Of a DNA stretch of 64,000 nt, positions 1 to 13,336 are shown piece by piece. Numbering within the stretch: the first letter of the stretch is position 1; the number at the start of each line of letters is the position of its first letter. A program made the position numbers and the translations under genes. The stretch comes from Phoronis australis (lineage: Eukaryota; Animalia; Phoronida), in NCBI GenBank assembly GCA_002633005.1, contig NMRA01000906.1, positions 29,706 through 93,705 of the forward strand. The letters run 5' to 3'. The notes below the pieces were generated by a model that was not told the origin of the DNA, searched no databases, and saw only the letters and a program-made list of their open reading frames with translations.

Positions 1-1455
1 CCACATAGAAAAAACTAGGTTGCCCCCCCAAAGTACTCACAAGGATGAACGCTATGAGATCTGGCCCACCGACTAACAAGAGTAGGCACATAACGTGAAA
101 TTCTGAGTGTTCTGTAACCGTTGATCATTTTATCAGTTTCAACACAATATTCTTATACCATTTCTTTGATACATTTGACAATTATTAAGCTTTACTTCTT
201 GAGTTCCTTATCTCCCGAAAATATCTTAAGAAATTTGTAACAGCTTGTCACATAAAAGAACCGCTGAACTCTCTTGCTAATTTAGTATTGACATAGAACC
301 TAGTGCTGTGTAGGCCTACGCTGATCTCAAAACTTTGATACTATATGTTTGTATTTTACAGGGATGTATCAAGTTAGTTGACATTTGGCACGTGAGTTTA
401 AAAAAAAACAATACATGTGCTGGCATTCAGAGTTCACCAGTGAACGGGACGAGACGTCTTTTTAGAAATCAGCTAACAAATCTGGAATACCATTCGGGGA
501 TTGAGGAATTATAGATGGCTAAACTATGACGTGAAATGTACCTGGCAGGGAAGCAAACTGTTTTTAACTTTCCTTCGCCTCCTCGTCTTTTGGAAAACCT
601 TAAAAACCGTAGACACACCTACAGAACTAAGGGCAGCACAAACTTCTCACACGACTTTGCCCACAACTGCTTTCAACACCTGTAATGACTCGCCGACAAG
701 GGATTAGAATGCGCCTGTTGCCAGGAATCGTAGAGTAAGGAGTTTATGAATTGGCGGCGATGACATGCAGTGATACGGCGGGTTAAAAAGGTGAAGAATA
801 AGAAGATTTAAATGAAAATTATTATCCCTGAACTGAAACTGAAGCGCTGAAATATGGTAAGAGGACTTATTTTTTGATTTGCTGTGTCTGTCGGTGGCCT
901 TTCGATATTTTGTTCTCTCGCTCGTATTTATTTTCGAGTACGATTTCAAGCTCACTGCCAGACCAAACTTGAAATTTGGAGCATACAGGTGTATACTCGG
1001 AATTTTACTCAAATTCTTACTCGAAATATAGTTGAAATACACTTCAGTTCGAGTATACTCGAAAATTGAGAACATGCTCGAAATTTCGATAACAAATTTT
1101 TCGAGTATGACATTGAATACACCAAAGCTGAGTCTGTACTCGAGTTGAGTGTGAAGTTTGAGTTTGAGTATGATTCGAGTCTAAATACGGAGACTGGAGA
1201 CCGGGTACAGGCTCTTTATTGGTTAAAGAAGGACGTGAAATGCTTATGAAAGCACGGGCTTGTACTCAGAGAGAATCGACTGAAATTTAATCCGTGATGC
1301 TTAAGTTCATGTAGCCACGAAAATTTCGAAACGTAATGGGAGTTTCCTGAATTCTGCCCCAATATGTTCGTTATACTGAACCAGGGACATATTTGTTTAA
1401 AGATGTGTCAGTGGAAGAAATGTGCATCACCATAGGTATGTAGAAAGAGATTACA

Positions 1456-1735
1456 CTCTTTCACAGTGATACGAAAGGTAGCGCTGTCAAATGCTGCTTA
1501 TCGTGGCTTCTCATTATTTAAAATAATGAAACTGACGTCATAACATTCAGTCATTCCCATTGGTTGAAATCTGGGTGACCCCTTTCTGCTTACTGTTACG
1601 TACTGGCGTCCACCTTTGACTTGAATAGTAGCAAATTGTTAAAACGGGCAGTGATGGAAATAAACAAGTACAGTACATTGCATTGAAGGCGTGTGCAAGT
1701 GGTGGCGATGTGATCGATAAACGTCCGACCAAGCA
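1456..1735 (+). mobile_element. Degenerate second copy of the AcademH-like 5' end
   Basis: 1504-1590 is nearly identical to 63055-63140 (taatgaaactgacgtcataacattcag.cattcccattgg). ggtggcgatgtg.tcg at ~1700 matches ~63284. Confidence 0.55.
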
Positions 1736-1757
1736 TAGACTCTATTCACACGGCAGA

Positions 1758-1975
1758 CATTAAAATCCAAAGCGAGGCTCACTGCGATAAACAAAGCGGA
1801 AATTTACATTGCGTGAGTTAAATGGCCGGTCTTTGGAGTCCAACCTGAATATTAAATCTTAAAAAATGTGTCAATAATTAACCACAAAGATGTAGAAAAA
1901 TACTGTTAAAGAACAAGTCAATGCACCAAAGAGTTGTCTGACGAAAGGACATAGGTTTTTTCCGGAAAACTAGGT
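1758..1975. repeat. Dispersed repeat, direct copy at ~17134-17350
   Basis: cattaaaatccaaagcgaggctcactgcgataaacaaagcggaaattt... is shared over about 215 bp. Confidence 0.85.
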
Positions 1976-2540
1976 TCGAAACATGAAAAGTAAACATGAC
2001 CAAATTGCGGCGATCGTAGTGTTACGGATTAGGTATCATGCTGAATGCAGGGTTACGTTTCTTCTAATAAACTCTTGATAAAAATGCTTTCTACACGAAC
2101 CAGGTCATCTGGTCGTAATGTTGACGAGTTGAAAATATATTCGACAGTGGTGGCTCATTGCATTTTGCTGTCATGTGCAATTAGTCTCATCTGGTTTAAT
2201 TAGTTGATCAAGAGTAGGCCTATTAGCTTCAAGCATAGCCTAGGTCCTGGTGAGGTAGGCACTACCGGGACTAACAGTTGATTTGTCATTAATCTGAAAT
2301 AATACTTGATGTTATTAAATAAAATATTTTGATTATGATAAAAAACTAGGCTCGCAATTGAAAATAAAAATTATATGACCATCAATTCTGCTTTTTTGGT
2401 TTTAATAATAATTACGTCTATTTCATGTGTTATATTTTTCAAATATCAATCTCGACCAAGTTGAATTTTAAAATTAAAACACCTAATTCTTTCGTCCAAA
2501 GCATAACCTCGTTTTAGAGCTCAATTAACTGGACAGAACA

Positions 2541-2701
2541 CAGTGGCGGATTTAGAGGGGATCCAAGGGGCTAAGCCCAGCCCCCCCTAAAACTCTCCCA
2601 GATTCCATTTGGCAGTTCAGGAGCGCGAATTTCTGACGGGCAAAATCCTGGCTAATACTCTGCCTTGCCCCCCCCCAACTCAAAGTCCTGGATCCCCCCT
2701 G
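2541..2701. mobile_element. CA...TG MITE, 5-bp TSD GAACA
   Basis: CAGTGGCGGATTTAG...CTGGATCCCCCCTG flanked by GAACA on both sides. Confidence 0.75.
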
Positions 2702-2900
2702 GAACAAGCATAGTTATCATGTTTTTTCACAGGCCTCGTTCATATCCGAGGGGAAAGGTGCCTCATGTGTGTGCGGTCTTCTGAGAGTGGAACGTTTCGC
2801 CGAGTGACGGGTCAGTGGAAACTCTACTGACCTCCCGATCACCATCAATAGCACCCCGCCCTTTTGCAAGCTCTCATAGCTCTGTCTCAAGTAGCATTTT

Positions 2901-3206
2901 CAGTGGCTAATCTAGGATACCATATAGGCCTAGTGAGGGGGGTGCCCGACATTCTCGGAGATGCGGGCAAAGCGCTATTGTATGCACGCAGGCGGCCCGG
3001 AAGTTGCGGGCGCCGAGGATGCATACCTTCTGCTCAGGAAACCTGTCGTTGGACTAAAAAAATAAAATGGAACGTGTTTTCCCCCCTCGTCCACTACCAG
3101 TCCTAGCTGGAACTCAGTATAAGTGTCCTCCTGCTTCACGTTTTGCTGGTTTATTTTGCTTGCGGCAGTCAAGGGGGGAGGGGGCGCCCCCCTAAATCCG
3201 CCTATG
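2901..3206. mobile_element. CA...TG MITE, 5-bp TSD ATTTT
   Basis: CAGTGGCTAATCTAGG...CCTAAATCCGCCTATG flanked by ATTTT. Confidence 0.7.
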
Positions 3207-4578
3207 ATTTTGTACTTTTTCAAATTGTCATCTCTGTGGTCACAGGTGATTTGAACCGTTGGAGAGAAATTTTCCATCACAAAGGGGATTTTTAGGCCTC
3301 ATGGCCGGGAATTTCGCGTGATTTTTCAATATTTTTGAGAGGGGAATAGGGCCGATATTTGGCCCCAAAATTGAGGGATTGAGGGCCCTGTCCTTTTTGT
3401 AAGGAAAAATGCATCGCGCTTCAACCCATAGTCATGAAAACACAGCCTGGCTGGCCGAAGAGTCTGCGGTCATCGTTGCTATGGCGGCATCCAGTCCGAG
3501 AAGCGACAAATTATGATTCGAAAGCACTTTTAAATTTTACACGGACATGTTTTCCTTCGTCGCGGCGTATGGCAAGGACCCAACGCTTTCGAATCCCAAC
3601 GTCCTTAGGGATTGTAAAACAGAGTGTCCGCATTTTTTCTAGCTGTTCGAGCAACGCGGAGTACAACTACGCGGATAAGCCACCAGAGCTATCGCAGCGA
3701 GCCTCGTTTTGGAACGCGCCTCCTGTCGGCGTGAATAGGGTCTATGCGCATTGATGCCCGCACATGGAATTCCGTGTGTCGTTCTGCGTTATGTTTCCAC
3801 GGGGCTAATTTTCAGTATACATGTAGATGGCACTGTGTCAGAGGGTAGGAAGGATCTGCTGTTCTACTATAAAGACCTGTGAATACAAGCGGCTCACGTG
3901 ACGCTTTACTGCCACCTGGAAGCCCACTGTAAAAAGCAGCGTCGTGATAGACGTACATGTATAACGGGTTTTGGTATATTAATGGCAAAATAATGACATA
4001 CAGGAAAAATAAAAGAATGCTTAGCACGAATATTTGAACAAAGGACTCATGAGATTTTTCATTTTCTTATCTAGAGCTTGAAGGCGGTAACTTTTGGAAT
4101 TGACATGACACCTCACTGAAAGCAGTTCTTTGCATCCCTGCTCTGTAGTTTGACTGTGTAACTAATAAACTAATAAACTAATAAACACACATAAACACAC
4201 GATCCACATGTATGGTCCTCGCTGAGAAAATAATTGTTTGAGGGAGGACCTGACCAGGGTTTACTGCCGTTTTTGATGAACTTTTCAGTTAAAAGGTATT
4301 TGACTCCAGCGCCACATACAAATGTATAATTACACGGGTGCACTGATGGGGATTTTAGAGAGCGTGCGTTGGAGGCAACGTTTAAAAACCCATCTTTGCC
4401 ATTAAGTGTATGTCATAGAACAAAGAAACTGGTCATATGATGTGGACAAACGAACGCTGTTTCTAATGGTATGTCATAATTTTCTCTTCCTATTAGCAGT
4501 AATACTGCTGTTGCATTTACTTTCGGAAAGTAACCAAGACATGTTGTTTTGTCACTTAACTCTTTCTGCAATACAGAA

Positions 4579-6560
4579 CAGGCCCGTAGCCAGCATTGGG
4601 CAGGGGGCGTTTCGAATTTCTAGAACGGTGGACCTTTGATATTTTGCAAACGTCAAAACTGTGGTTTTCGATAAGGTCCTTGACGCAACGATGACTCACA
4701 ACTTTATGTTCCTGAGATGAGACGGAATTTGTTGTACGGTACCAGAAACGAGGATGCTGTGACGGTTGCTCACAAAGGGACTCAAATTCGTATGCAATGT
4801 GGTGCATTAAGAAAATATCCTGCCAAAATTTCAAATCAAACATGCTTGAATGAGTGGATGATTACACCTCATTACATATTCGGACGGATATATGAAGTTT
4901 AATCGGAGAATGACTTGACAAATCTGTTTATCTGGTTGTATTTTGCATGATACTTACATGCAACTTGTTTACATGGCTGGACATAGCAACACTCCGCTAT
5001 TTCGAAGGTTCGCTATTCCGGAGGTTCACTACTGAAATGTTCACTACTCCGAAGGTTCACGTCTCCGAATATTTAAATCTTCGGACCCAGGTGTATTTTT
5101 TATACTTCTACATGCAAATTTCGTTTATTAGATGCAGTGAGTGGGGTACCTACATGTATACCGAAAACAACGCCTGGGTACTAAAAACACCCCAGGCGCA
5201 TGAAAAATTGCCCGCATGTCTTACGAATACGGAAAATGAGTACGTACTTGCATTATTAAAAGAATATGAAGTCGGAATATTGATGAATTATAAACCACGA
5301 TTCATTCATCAAATTCATGTCAAAATCGCATCGCAGCACAACTGGAAAGTTAAGGACCCCTGCGCCTCAACCTCACCCAAGGAACCACGCACACGACAGG
5401 GTAGAAACTGAATGTAGTAAGTAGCCCACCCTGTCTGTGCCAGTCTTCACGAAGTCAGGTTGTCCCCAATCAGTTGTTCTTAAATTTAAAACCGGTTGGT
5501 GGACGCAGACCTGCCGACCCATGCCCCAGATGTTGTCCGTGCAGTTGAGAATGAGTCGTGGTCAGACAATCAGAGTAATGAACTATTGGAGTTCTGGTTT
5601 TTGAATTGTGGAAATTTGAAGTAATGAATGAAGTTGCGAACCTTCGGAGTAGTGGGCCTTCCGAAGTAGTAGACCTTCGGAGCAGTGACATGTAACATTG
5701 GAACTATTTTCCATCAATTTGTTGCTGAGCACCATTGGTAATGATTAACAAGACAAGACTTCTTTCATTGACCAAAACTGAAGTCTAGGCCTACTTTCCC
5801 GAATAAAGTGGACATGCTCGTCGGTTTTTTCAGGGCAAGAAAACACGATAGTTAAATGTCTGGCTTTTGAGCACGACAGAGGACTGTCTATAGTGAACTT
5901 ACTGTCAGCGTGTACAGAATTTAAAAGACGGAACGCACACGAGTACAAGCATGCATGTCAACCCTTCAATCCGCACTGTGAACAGTGGATGAACAACATA
6001 TTTACATATTTGACGATCACTTTCAATTCGAAATTGAAAATGCCCGCACTCTATCGTACTATGCTGGCAATTATACCGAAATATCACAGTAACAAACATC
6101 GATTGTTGGCTGTTTTGTTTCTTAGCCGATTACAAGTCCTTTCACACCGCACTACATTTTGGGAGCTCTCTCGCTGCTATATAGCTTACTTAGGTCATAG
6201 AACTAGGGTTCTATGCCTAGGCACATGTATAGATATTCACTCCCTTGTTACACTTTGGTTTTGTCACCACACGCGTTCAATACTGATGGACAACATAAAG
6301 CCTCCTCTTATCGTCTGTACATGTACGATCGTCGTCTACACAAACACCACTTGGGCAACGTAAAGCGCTTTGAATCAGGAAACTAACTCAAAATTATTTC
6401 CAACTTAGTTATCATTGTAGTTAGCAGTAACAATTGCTGCAACAAACGTGTTGTTCTTCATCTATATGCTATCCTTAACGAATATGCTAAGGCTGGACCT
6501 TTTCCGCGGGGGGGGGGTTCGATCGAAGCCCCCGAACCCCCTTGTCTATGGCCGGGCCTG
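4579..6560. mobile_element. Large CAGGCCCG-ended non-autonomous element with nested MITE
   Basis: CAGGCCCG...CGGGCCTG termini, flanks CAGAA/CGGAA (4/5 match). A nested element at ~4982-5695 has inverted arrays of ACTACTCCGAAGG subrepeats. Confidence 0.5.
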
Positions 6561-6827
6561 CGGAATAAAATTCGTTTTTTGTTGCATTCGTATACCGTGT
6601 GTACGAGTATTCAAGCCCACATATGCGTATGGCAGTTTTCCAAAGAAAATTTTGAGCCAGCATTTCCCGGCCATATTGACGCAAGGGCCTGTGGTGTATT
6701 TCACTTACGTAAGCAGACGACTGTCCCTTATACATGTACACAAATGAAATTCAAGTTTGTTGTTTTCTGTGTCATTCCTTGTAGCTTTCATTTAATTCAG
6801 TTGATACAGAATAAAATTAGGATGACA

Positions 6828-7096
6828 TACTCATGATCTACAATATATTCAAGATCCAAATAAACATAGTCACAATACGATACTCATGATCTACAATATA
6901 TTCAAGATCCAAATGAACATAGTCACAATACGATTCTCATGATCTGCAATATATTCAAGATCCAAATAAACATAGCCACAATACGATTCTCATGATCTAC
7001 AATATATTCAAGATCCAAATAAACATAGTCACAATACGATTCTCATGATCTACAATATATTCAAGATCCAAATAAACATAGTCACAATACGATTCT
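6828..7096. repeat. Minisatellite, 53-bp unit x5
   Basis: Unit T(A/T)CTCATGATCTACAATATATTCAAGATCCAAATAAACATAGTCACAATACGA, near-identical head-to-tail copies. Confidence 0.95.
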
Positions 7097-7991
7097 TGGA
7101 TTCGCGTGCCATATGATCCACATGTGCACACTCACTTCTAAATTGAGAGCAACTAGAAAAAGCAACGCAGCACCTATACTCGACCTGGTTTTTCGGTTTA
7201 GCGCTAAAAATCTCAGTGTCATCCACATAACTAATCACCCACAAAATTTACCATTCCACCAATAGTGCTTTATTTCATTGTTAGGCATTTTAAAAGAACC
7301 GACTAATCTTGGGGGCTTTTCGGATGAAAATATACGTAAGTTTGCCACTATGACACTGCTATGATTTTATTCACAAACTCTAGTCTTCAACAGTGCCAAC
7401 TTCCATTCTTGTGAACCCGGTTAATGCCATGGCATGTTTTTATTGCTCACATTCCTAGATTGTGTTCATGTATGTCACGTATCTTGATGCTATGGTACTT
7501 CATGAATTTTTGTGATGTTAGTGGGCATTTGGAAATATTTACAGTTCTTTGAACTTCCCGCGTGAATAGTTGACAACATTGCGGGGTTCCCTTATAAAAC
7601 CGATTTATATTTGATCTTCTATACATTCTAATGTCGATGCGGCTTCTGAAATGTTTCTCGTATCATTTCCACCGGGTGCTGGTCTGCCTGAATTTGTTCA
7701 TATTTTGCCCAAATTGTTGTAAAAGCGACCCCGACACGTGGGGCTAATCTCGGTACGTAAGACATGCGTAGCAGACAACCTACAGTACATGTAAATCTGA
7801 CTTGGTGGCCGCGCCTCCGGACCATCTTCTGAAACATAGCCACTTTGGAGCTTAGCATAAATTAAGACACTCATGGTGAAAGTTTGTGAAAAATGTTCCG
7901 CTTTGATATGCTCCAAACAGCGCCAGTACAAGTGGGAAGTTTTTCTCAATTGAAAATATATATTGGTCTTTTAGGAGCCCTTGAAGTGTGG

Positions 7992-9211
7992 TTATAAAAT
8001 CGCTGTGCTCCAATCAGTCTGGTCGTGTTTATTATGTTCTTCAATTACGTCACGGTTGTCTTCCAGATGGTTTATCGCAACTACTGTGTCTGTTATAAAT
8101 TGCTCGCTTTCAACACTAAGATTACTGCTGACTTGATCTCCGTTCCTTTTGCAATGCCTTGTCTCAAATCGATTCCCATGTTCACTGGCAACTACCTGGA
8201 GGGCAACTACCACCGCAAAACCTAATGTCGAAAATCCAAAGAGAAGATATATCAAGGACATTTTACTGACATGCTGCAGGAGAAAACCAACAAGGTTGTC
8301 TGTACCGATGTCAATACAACTGGACATGATTGTCAACAAGCATGTCAGTCCTACAGTAAGCTTGACGTACTGATTAGCCCATGCATATCCTGTTGCCCAC
8401 ATTGATGAAGACATGAATTGATAAGAGCAGAGAAGAATCCACAGCGCCAACTGAGACGTTAAACAAAATGACATAAGAGCAAAACATATCGCCGTACCGA
8501 TGACCTCGACAAATAACATAATATGAATGGAAATGAATAAACTACACAGAGCGCCAAGGGCGCGGGAAATTAAGCGAAAAATGCCAGATACAGAAATTAG
8601 GTAAGCAGCGTCCTCTTTTAAAAAACCCATTGAGCTGGAAATTGCAAAGGAAAATCCCCACTGAAGAACAGCGTCGTCGTGTGCTCTGAGGCATGTTAAG
8701 TAGAGTGACATACCTATCAGCACAATTAATCCAAATTTGAAATCGCCACTAGCCCAACTCTTTGGAGACACGACAAGGATTAAAGTTTCTCTTGTCCCAA
8801 GCTTGCGTGACCTTGCCTCTTCGCCGTCATTTCCGGAGATGCCTGACTTTACCTCTTCGACTTCATTTCCGGAAATAGGGAGTTTTCGCTCAACAACTTC
8901 AAAACCGAGAAACACGATACCCAGTACAACAAGAAGACCACCAAATATCGCAAACGGGATGTCAAGCCTGCTTGGTGATAATTGCGTTTCAAGTTCTGCA
9001 GAAAAATTGGATCCATTTGTTGCCTCGGTGTAGTAAACACTCTCATTCACACATGTTACGTTGTCTACACATTCTCTTTTGACGTCAAGCGAGATGAACG
9101 ACTTGCTGATCAATGGAGCTATGGCGCCGCCTAGTGTGTAACCTAGGGATATTACATGCAGCGGAAAGGACGCCCCGTGTTTCCACATCTCTGAAACCAT
9201 GGGATTTTTCA
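7992..9211 (-). CDS. MFS transporter (MFSD4/NaGLT1 sodium-dependent glucose transporter-like), terminal coding exon
   Basis: 406-aa ORF with multiple TM helices. The motif 'SEMWKHGASFPLHVISLGYTLGGAIAPLI' resembles the MFSD4 'LWG...PFMQALHF.FG.GA..APL' segment. The acceptor gtttcgttccAG at 9212-9213 (minus) gives phase 1, matching the upstream exon (A|TG). Stop TAA at 7992. Confidence 0.88.
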
Positions 9212-9468
9212 CTGGAACGAAACAAATATTAAACTTTTGTCTAGAATTAAACCGAGTTTGTTTAACATATACTCAGATATCTCACACGTCATCAATTTAA
9301 TGGAATGAATTAAAGTGATCAACTAAAATAGTTAGGAATGATTCGTTGTAGAGAATTCGCAGAGTGACGCAGACCACATTATGTCTATGACTTGAAAGCA
9401 GTACGCCCGAGGACTCTGCAGGTATTTCGTGATCACGCCAGGGTCTGGCACTAATCGCTTGCTTAGTA

Positions 9469-10475
9469 CATAGGCGGATTTAGGGGGGGGGGTCCGCCCC
9501 CCCCCTTGGCTGCCGCAAAAAAATAAAACGGTAAGAGCGTAGGGAAATGTTGAGTTTATTAACCCCGGTAATTAAAAGTATACGGATGAAAAAAGATTTA
9601 AATGTGTGCAGTTTTAGTGTTGGGGGGAGGGGGGCCGGCTCAAATCCAATTTCAAGTGTCAAATTCGGAACACGGCGCATTCGTAACGGAACTATGGCTA
9701 AGTATAGGCTCTCCCGCGATATCCCAAGCGACCGGCAGTGGCGCTGCGCACTACGACTCAGTTTCCGTCGTCTGCTCCACTGTGCAATGAAGAAAATTTA
9801 CTTCATTTTTTAAAGAAAATGGAACCTGAGTGACGATAAAAAAACAGAAGCTGCTGGTAAGATGGGAATTTTAATAGAAGCCTTAGTGAATCACTCAGAA
9901 ACTCGCAATACTCTCTTTGTCAAACCTTATGTTAAGACGATTTCCAAAGCAATCCCCGGTCATTATTGCCAACACGAAAAACGGATTTGGTCTTTTGGGC
10001 ATTTTAAGACTATTTTAAATACGACAAATTTGTTAAGAATTGATGGCACAAAACGTGTAATAAGCATTACAAAAAGAAGTAGGTTTCGCGCGCAAACGCT
10101 GTGGACCATAAACAAGTAGGTCTCTTAATTTGAGTTTAGTGGCTAAGTCGTGGTGGTGTAGTGGTAACGCACGCGCGCTCTATGCGCAAGGTTGTTAGTA
10201 CGAGTCTTTGGTACTTGCAGTTTTTCCTGATTGACACGTTCTCCGTGTTTTTTTTTGCCTTTTTTTCTTGGTTAATACTTCAGGAATCAAGGAAAATACT
10301 TGATTTTTAGAAGTCAAAACAGAAAAATTTCCTGGGCGGGAGGGGGGTAAACCCCGCTCCTGACCTCCCCCCATTCGGTGCTATGCGCATCTACAATCGT
10401 GGTTCAGTTTGCGCAAATGTTTACAGCAGGACAAAATGTTGGGCCCCCTCTTGTGATATCCTGGATCCGCCACTG
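9469..10475. mobile_element. CA...TG MITE in MFS intron, 5-bp TSD TAGTA
   Basis: CATAGGCGGATTTAGG...CCTGGATCCGCCACTG flanked by TAGTA. Confidence 0.78.
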
Positions 10476-11546
10476 TAGTATAACGCCATTTTGACGTTTT
10501 GGACACAGTTAACATCTATCCTAACTTAACAGCAAACTATAAATTGAGACCTGATTTATGTGGCAATGCAAATCATTAATCATGTCGAAAATTAATTACT
10601 ATCCGGCCATGGGCTTGGTCACTAGTAATCGTTCACAACTCCATGATATCATACTTTGGTTGCAATTGTTGTTGGAGCCAACCGGTTAATCCAAACACGT
10701 AATTTTGAAAAACTTCAAGTGCTGTGGATATCGGAAAGGGACGAAATACCAAGACCTGTATTTCCATTCAGTTTGTGGGTCTAAATCGCGGCGTATTAGT
10801 TATGCATACCTCATCAATAAACATCGAAATTATCGCGCGATTTGGATCTGGAAATAGGAACAGACTATACTGTAGCCCGTGACATCCCACAGTGACGTCA
10901 TACCAAGCACTAGTGGTGGTAAGCGAGATTATTTCAGAATCGTTGGTAGTGGGAAACCATTCCAATTTGAGGCTGGATTTTGAAACTGTCCGGTTTTAAT
11001 TGACATTGCCCTTGAGTACGGGCAAGCCTGCATGAAACCAGGTCAAACCACAGAGTTTCTTCTGATTGTCTTACTAACAAGAGATGGCGCTACGCTATGC
11101 CCTCATAGAAGGATTTGCGTGTGGTGCAGGAGAAATATGTTTTGAGCAATACCACACAAACATACAGGTGGGGTAAAGGATACTTCTTCTCATTTGAGAG
11201 GTCACAAAGTCCGATTTTGGTGCCATGAAATCGATTTTAGTGACAGAGGGACAGCCTCAAGATTTCGAATCCTTAAACACTATTAAACAAGTCTAATTCC
11301 GATGATAATCTCAAAAATGTCATGAACAAGGAACAGTGAAGGTGCAAATGGATTTGTTTACAACGAAGTAAGCTTAATAAGGGAAATGTGTTACCTTAGC
11401 CAGCAACGAGAAGAAATCGATGCACTTATTCGCATGCATCAATTCAATGATAAATTGAATAAATGCATCCTGATTACTAATATTGTATGACAAGTACAGG
11501 GGTAATCTGAACGAGGCAATCTTCGCGCTGCACGCCGTTCACTTAC

Positions 11547-11680
11547 TAATATAAATGCTTTGATAAGAAAAGTCAAGTAGGAAGTATACCAATCCGAACG
11601 TGACAACCGAGCTCGTATGCAGTAGAAGAAAATATAAAATTCCACCGCTGATGCATCCATAGGCAACGATCAAGTTCCAC
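11547..11680 (-). CDS. MFS transporter internal exon (RWNLIVAYGCISGGILYFLLLHTSSVVTFGLVYFLLDFSYQSIYI)
   Basis: Acceptor ctttcAG at 11681-11682 and donor GTAAGT at 11546-11541. The 134 nt exon is phase 2 in and phase 1 out, joining both neighbouring exons in frame. It encodes two hydrophobic helices. Confidence 0.82.
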
Positions 11681-12518
11681 CTGAAAGGAAGGGAGACATT
11701 CAGTGATAGTTCAAACTTTTCATTGCTCATACCTTACCTTACTCTTACAGTGACTTCTCACTGGAGTGGAACCTTTGCTTTTAGTTAGTATACAACTGAA
11801 GAAGAATAACACTGACCTCTTTAATAAACTCTGGTAAATGGCGGAAGAACAATTACCAACCACTACATATTCGTTTGCGAAGAGTACGAGAGGACTACGC
11901 CGTCTCGTGTTTACTCTGGTGTTTAACATTAACTTTGACGCCGCTGTAAATTGGAAAAGGGAAATGATGTTTCGACGAAGCTTCGATAAAACGAAGTTCC
12001 CCTAATGGGTAAGCAATATTAATGACGTTGCTAAAGAAGACTCTGTGCATTCTTGAGTTCATTCACGCGATTTGATAAAGTAATATTTACAAGAACTGTT
12101 AATGCTATGAACGCTCAATTTGTCTTTTAGGATATTCAGTTCACCACTACCAATGTAGATCGTAACGAAATGTATGCGGGTTTAACAATATTACCATGGC
12201 CGTCCAATCTTGAATTGCTTTCTAATGAGCAGACAATGCAAGTTACAAGTAACGCGCGAACATACACCATTTTCAATTTTATAATTTTAGGGTCGGCCCA
12301 ACACCATATAAACTTTGAAGGTCTTTTCTTCTATTTTTATTTACAACAGAGATTGAAAAAAGATTACGAGACCGAGTTTAAACATGATTATTTCCATTTT
12401 TGTGTTTGCACCAGCTAAACAGCGCCAGAGAAATGCTGCGTCAGATGTATTTAATCCACACGCTACAGAGTGAACCCTTTCGCTTGCTCATGGTCACCAC
12501 CGACTGAAGGCGATTTAC

Positions 12519-12673
12519 CTTTTTGAAAACCGGCTTGCGAAAACAGACAGCGGTAGAAGAAGGATATTGCCAACTGACCCAAGTGACATAGCCGTTGCCA
12601 TCGAAGAAAAGTTGCCATCTAGTCTTCTAAAAAGGTCAGGGAAACATATTGACATGTTGGTGTGCTGGAATGC
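12519..12673 (-). CDS. MFS transporter internal exon (AFQHTNMSICFPDLFRRLDGNFSSMATAMSLGSVGNILLLPLSVFASRFSKR)
   Basis: Acceptor ttttcaattccAG at 12674-12675 and donor GTAAAT at 12518-12513. The 155 nt exon ends in phase 2 (AG|G = Arg). 'FPDL' fits the MFSD4-type 'GPTL.DL' TM1-2 region. Confidence 0.8.
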
Positions 12674-13336
12674 CTGGAATTGAAAATATACAGACATAGG
12701 TTATCGTCAATAAGTTGTCTCGTGGCCCTGGGTCTAACAGTTTTCCTCGAAATCCAACTCGAATATTCTTTTTGACATTTTCCGTTTTTGTTTAATACGA
12801 ACTCATACATGTAATAATTGCATGTCACATCCTTGCATAAATACATTATATATTTCGCAAATTGGTGCATTTCGAATGTGATGACCCCTTTACTGGAGCT
12901 ACAAACGAGAGTGAAACTCTAGATTCTTCATGGTATGAATACCCGATCGATGTACTTTATTGTCCCGCAAGTCCAGACAGCTTATTTCCATAGCTTTTGC
13001 GTTGGTGATTGCATAAGGCTAACCAGGTTAAAACAACCGAGTGCGTTCTACTTTTCTTATCAGACAAGGAGCTGAAATCAGTTAGATTTTGACGTGCATA
13101 AACCCATTGGTAGTGTATTGCAGTTATTTTAGGAGTTCACAGGCCCCGACCTAGAAGAAATTGCAACAGAAGGTTTTTTGTATAAATGGCATCTTTGAAT
13201 ATCCCTTGGTGCCAGAAAAAATCTACCGAAATCGGAGTGGCGGGAGTCGGTTTTTCAGGATGGCGGAAAAATGACCGGCCAAACCGGTGTTTACTGCTTT
13301 CTGGCATGTTACTCTCATGTAACAGCTGGAAATTAA

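Noticed and set aside
6828-7096. Regular repeat array resembling CRISPR
   Set aside because: Units are contiguous and near-identical, with no unique spacers and no cas genes. The context is eukaryotic.
10147-10215. Functional tRNA gene
   Set aside because: The acceptor stem and T-arm do not pair properly and the B-box is mutated. Kept only as a relic.
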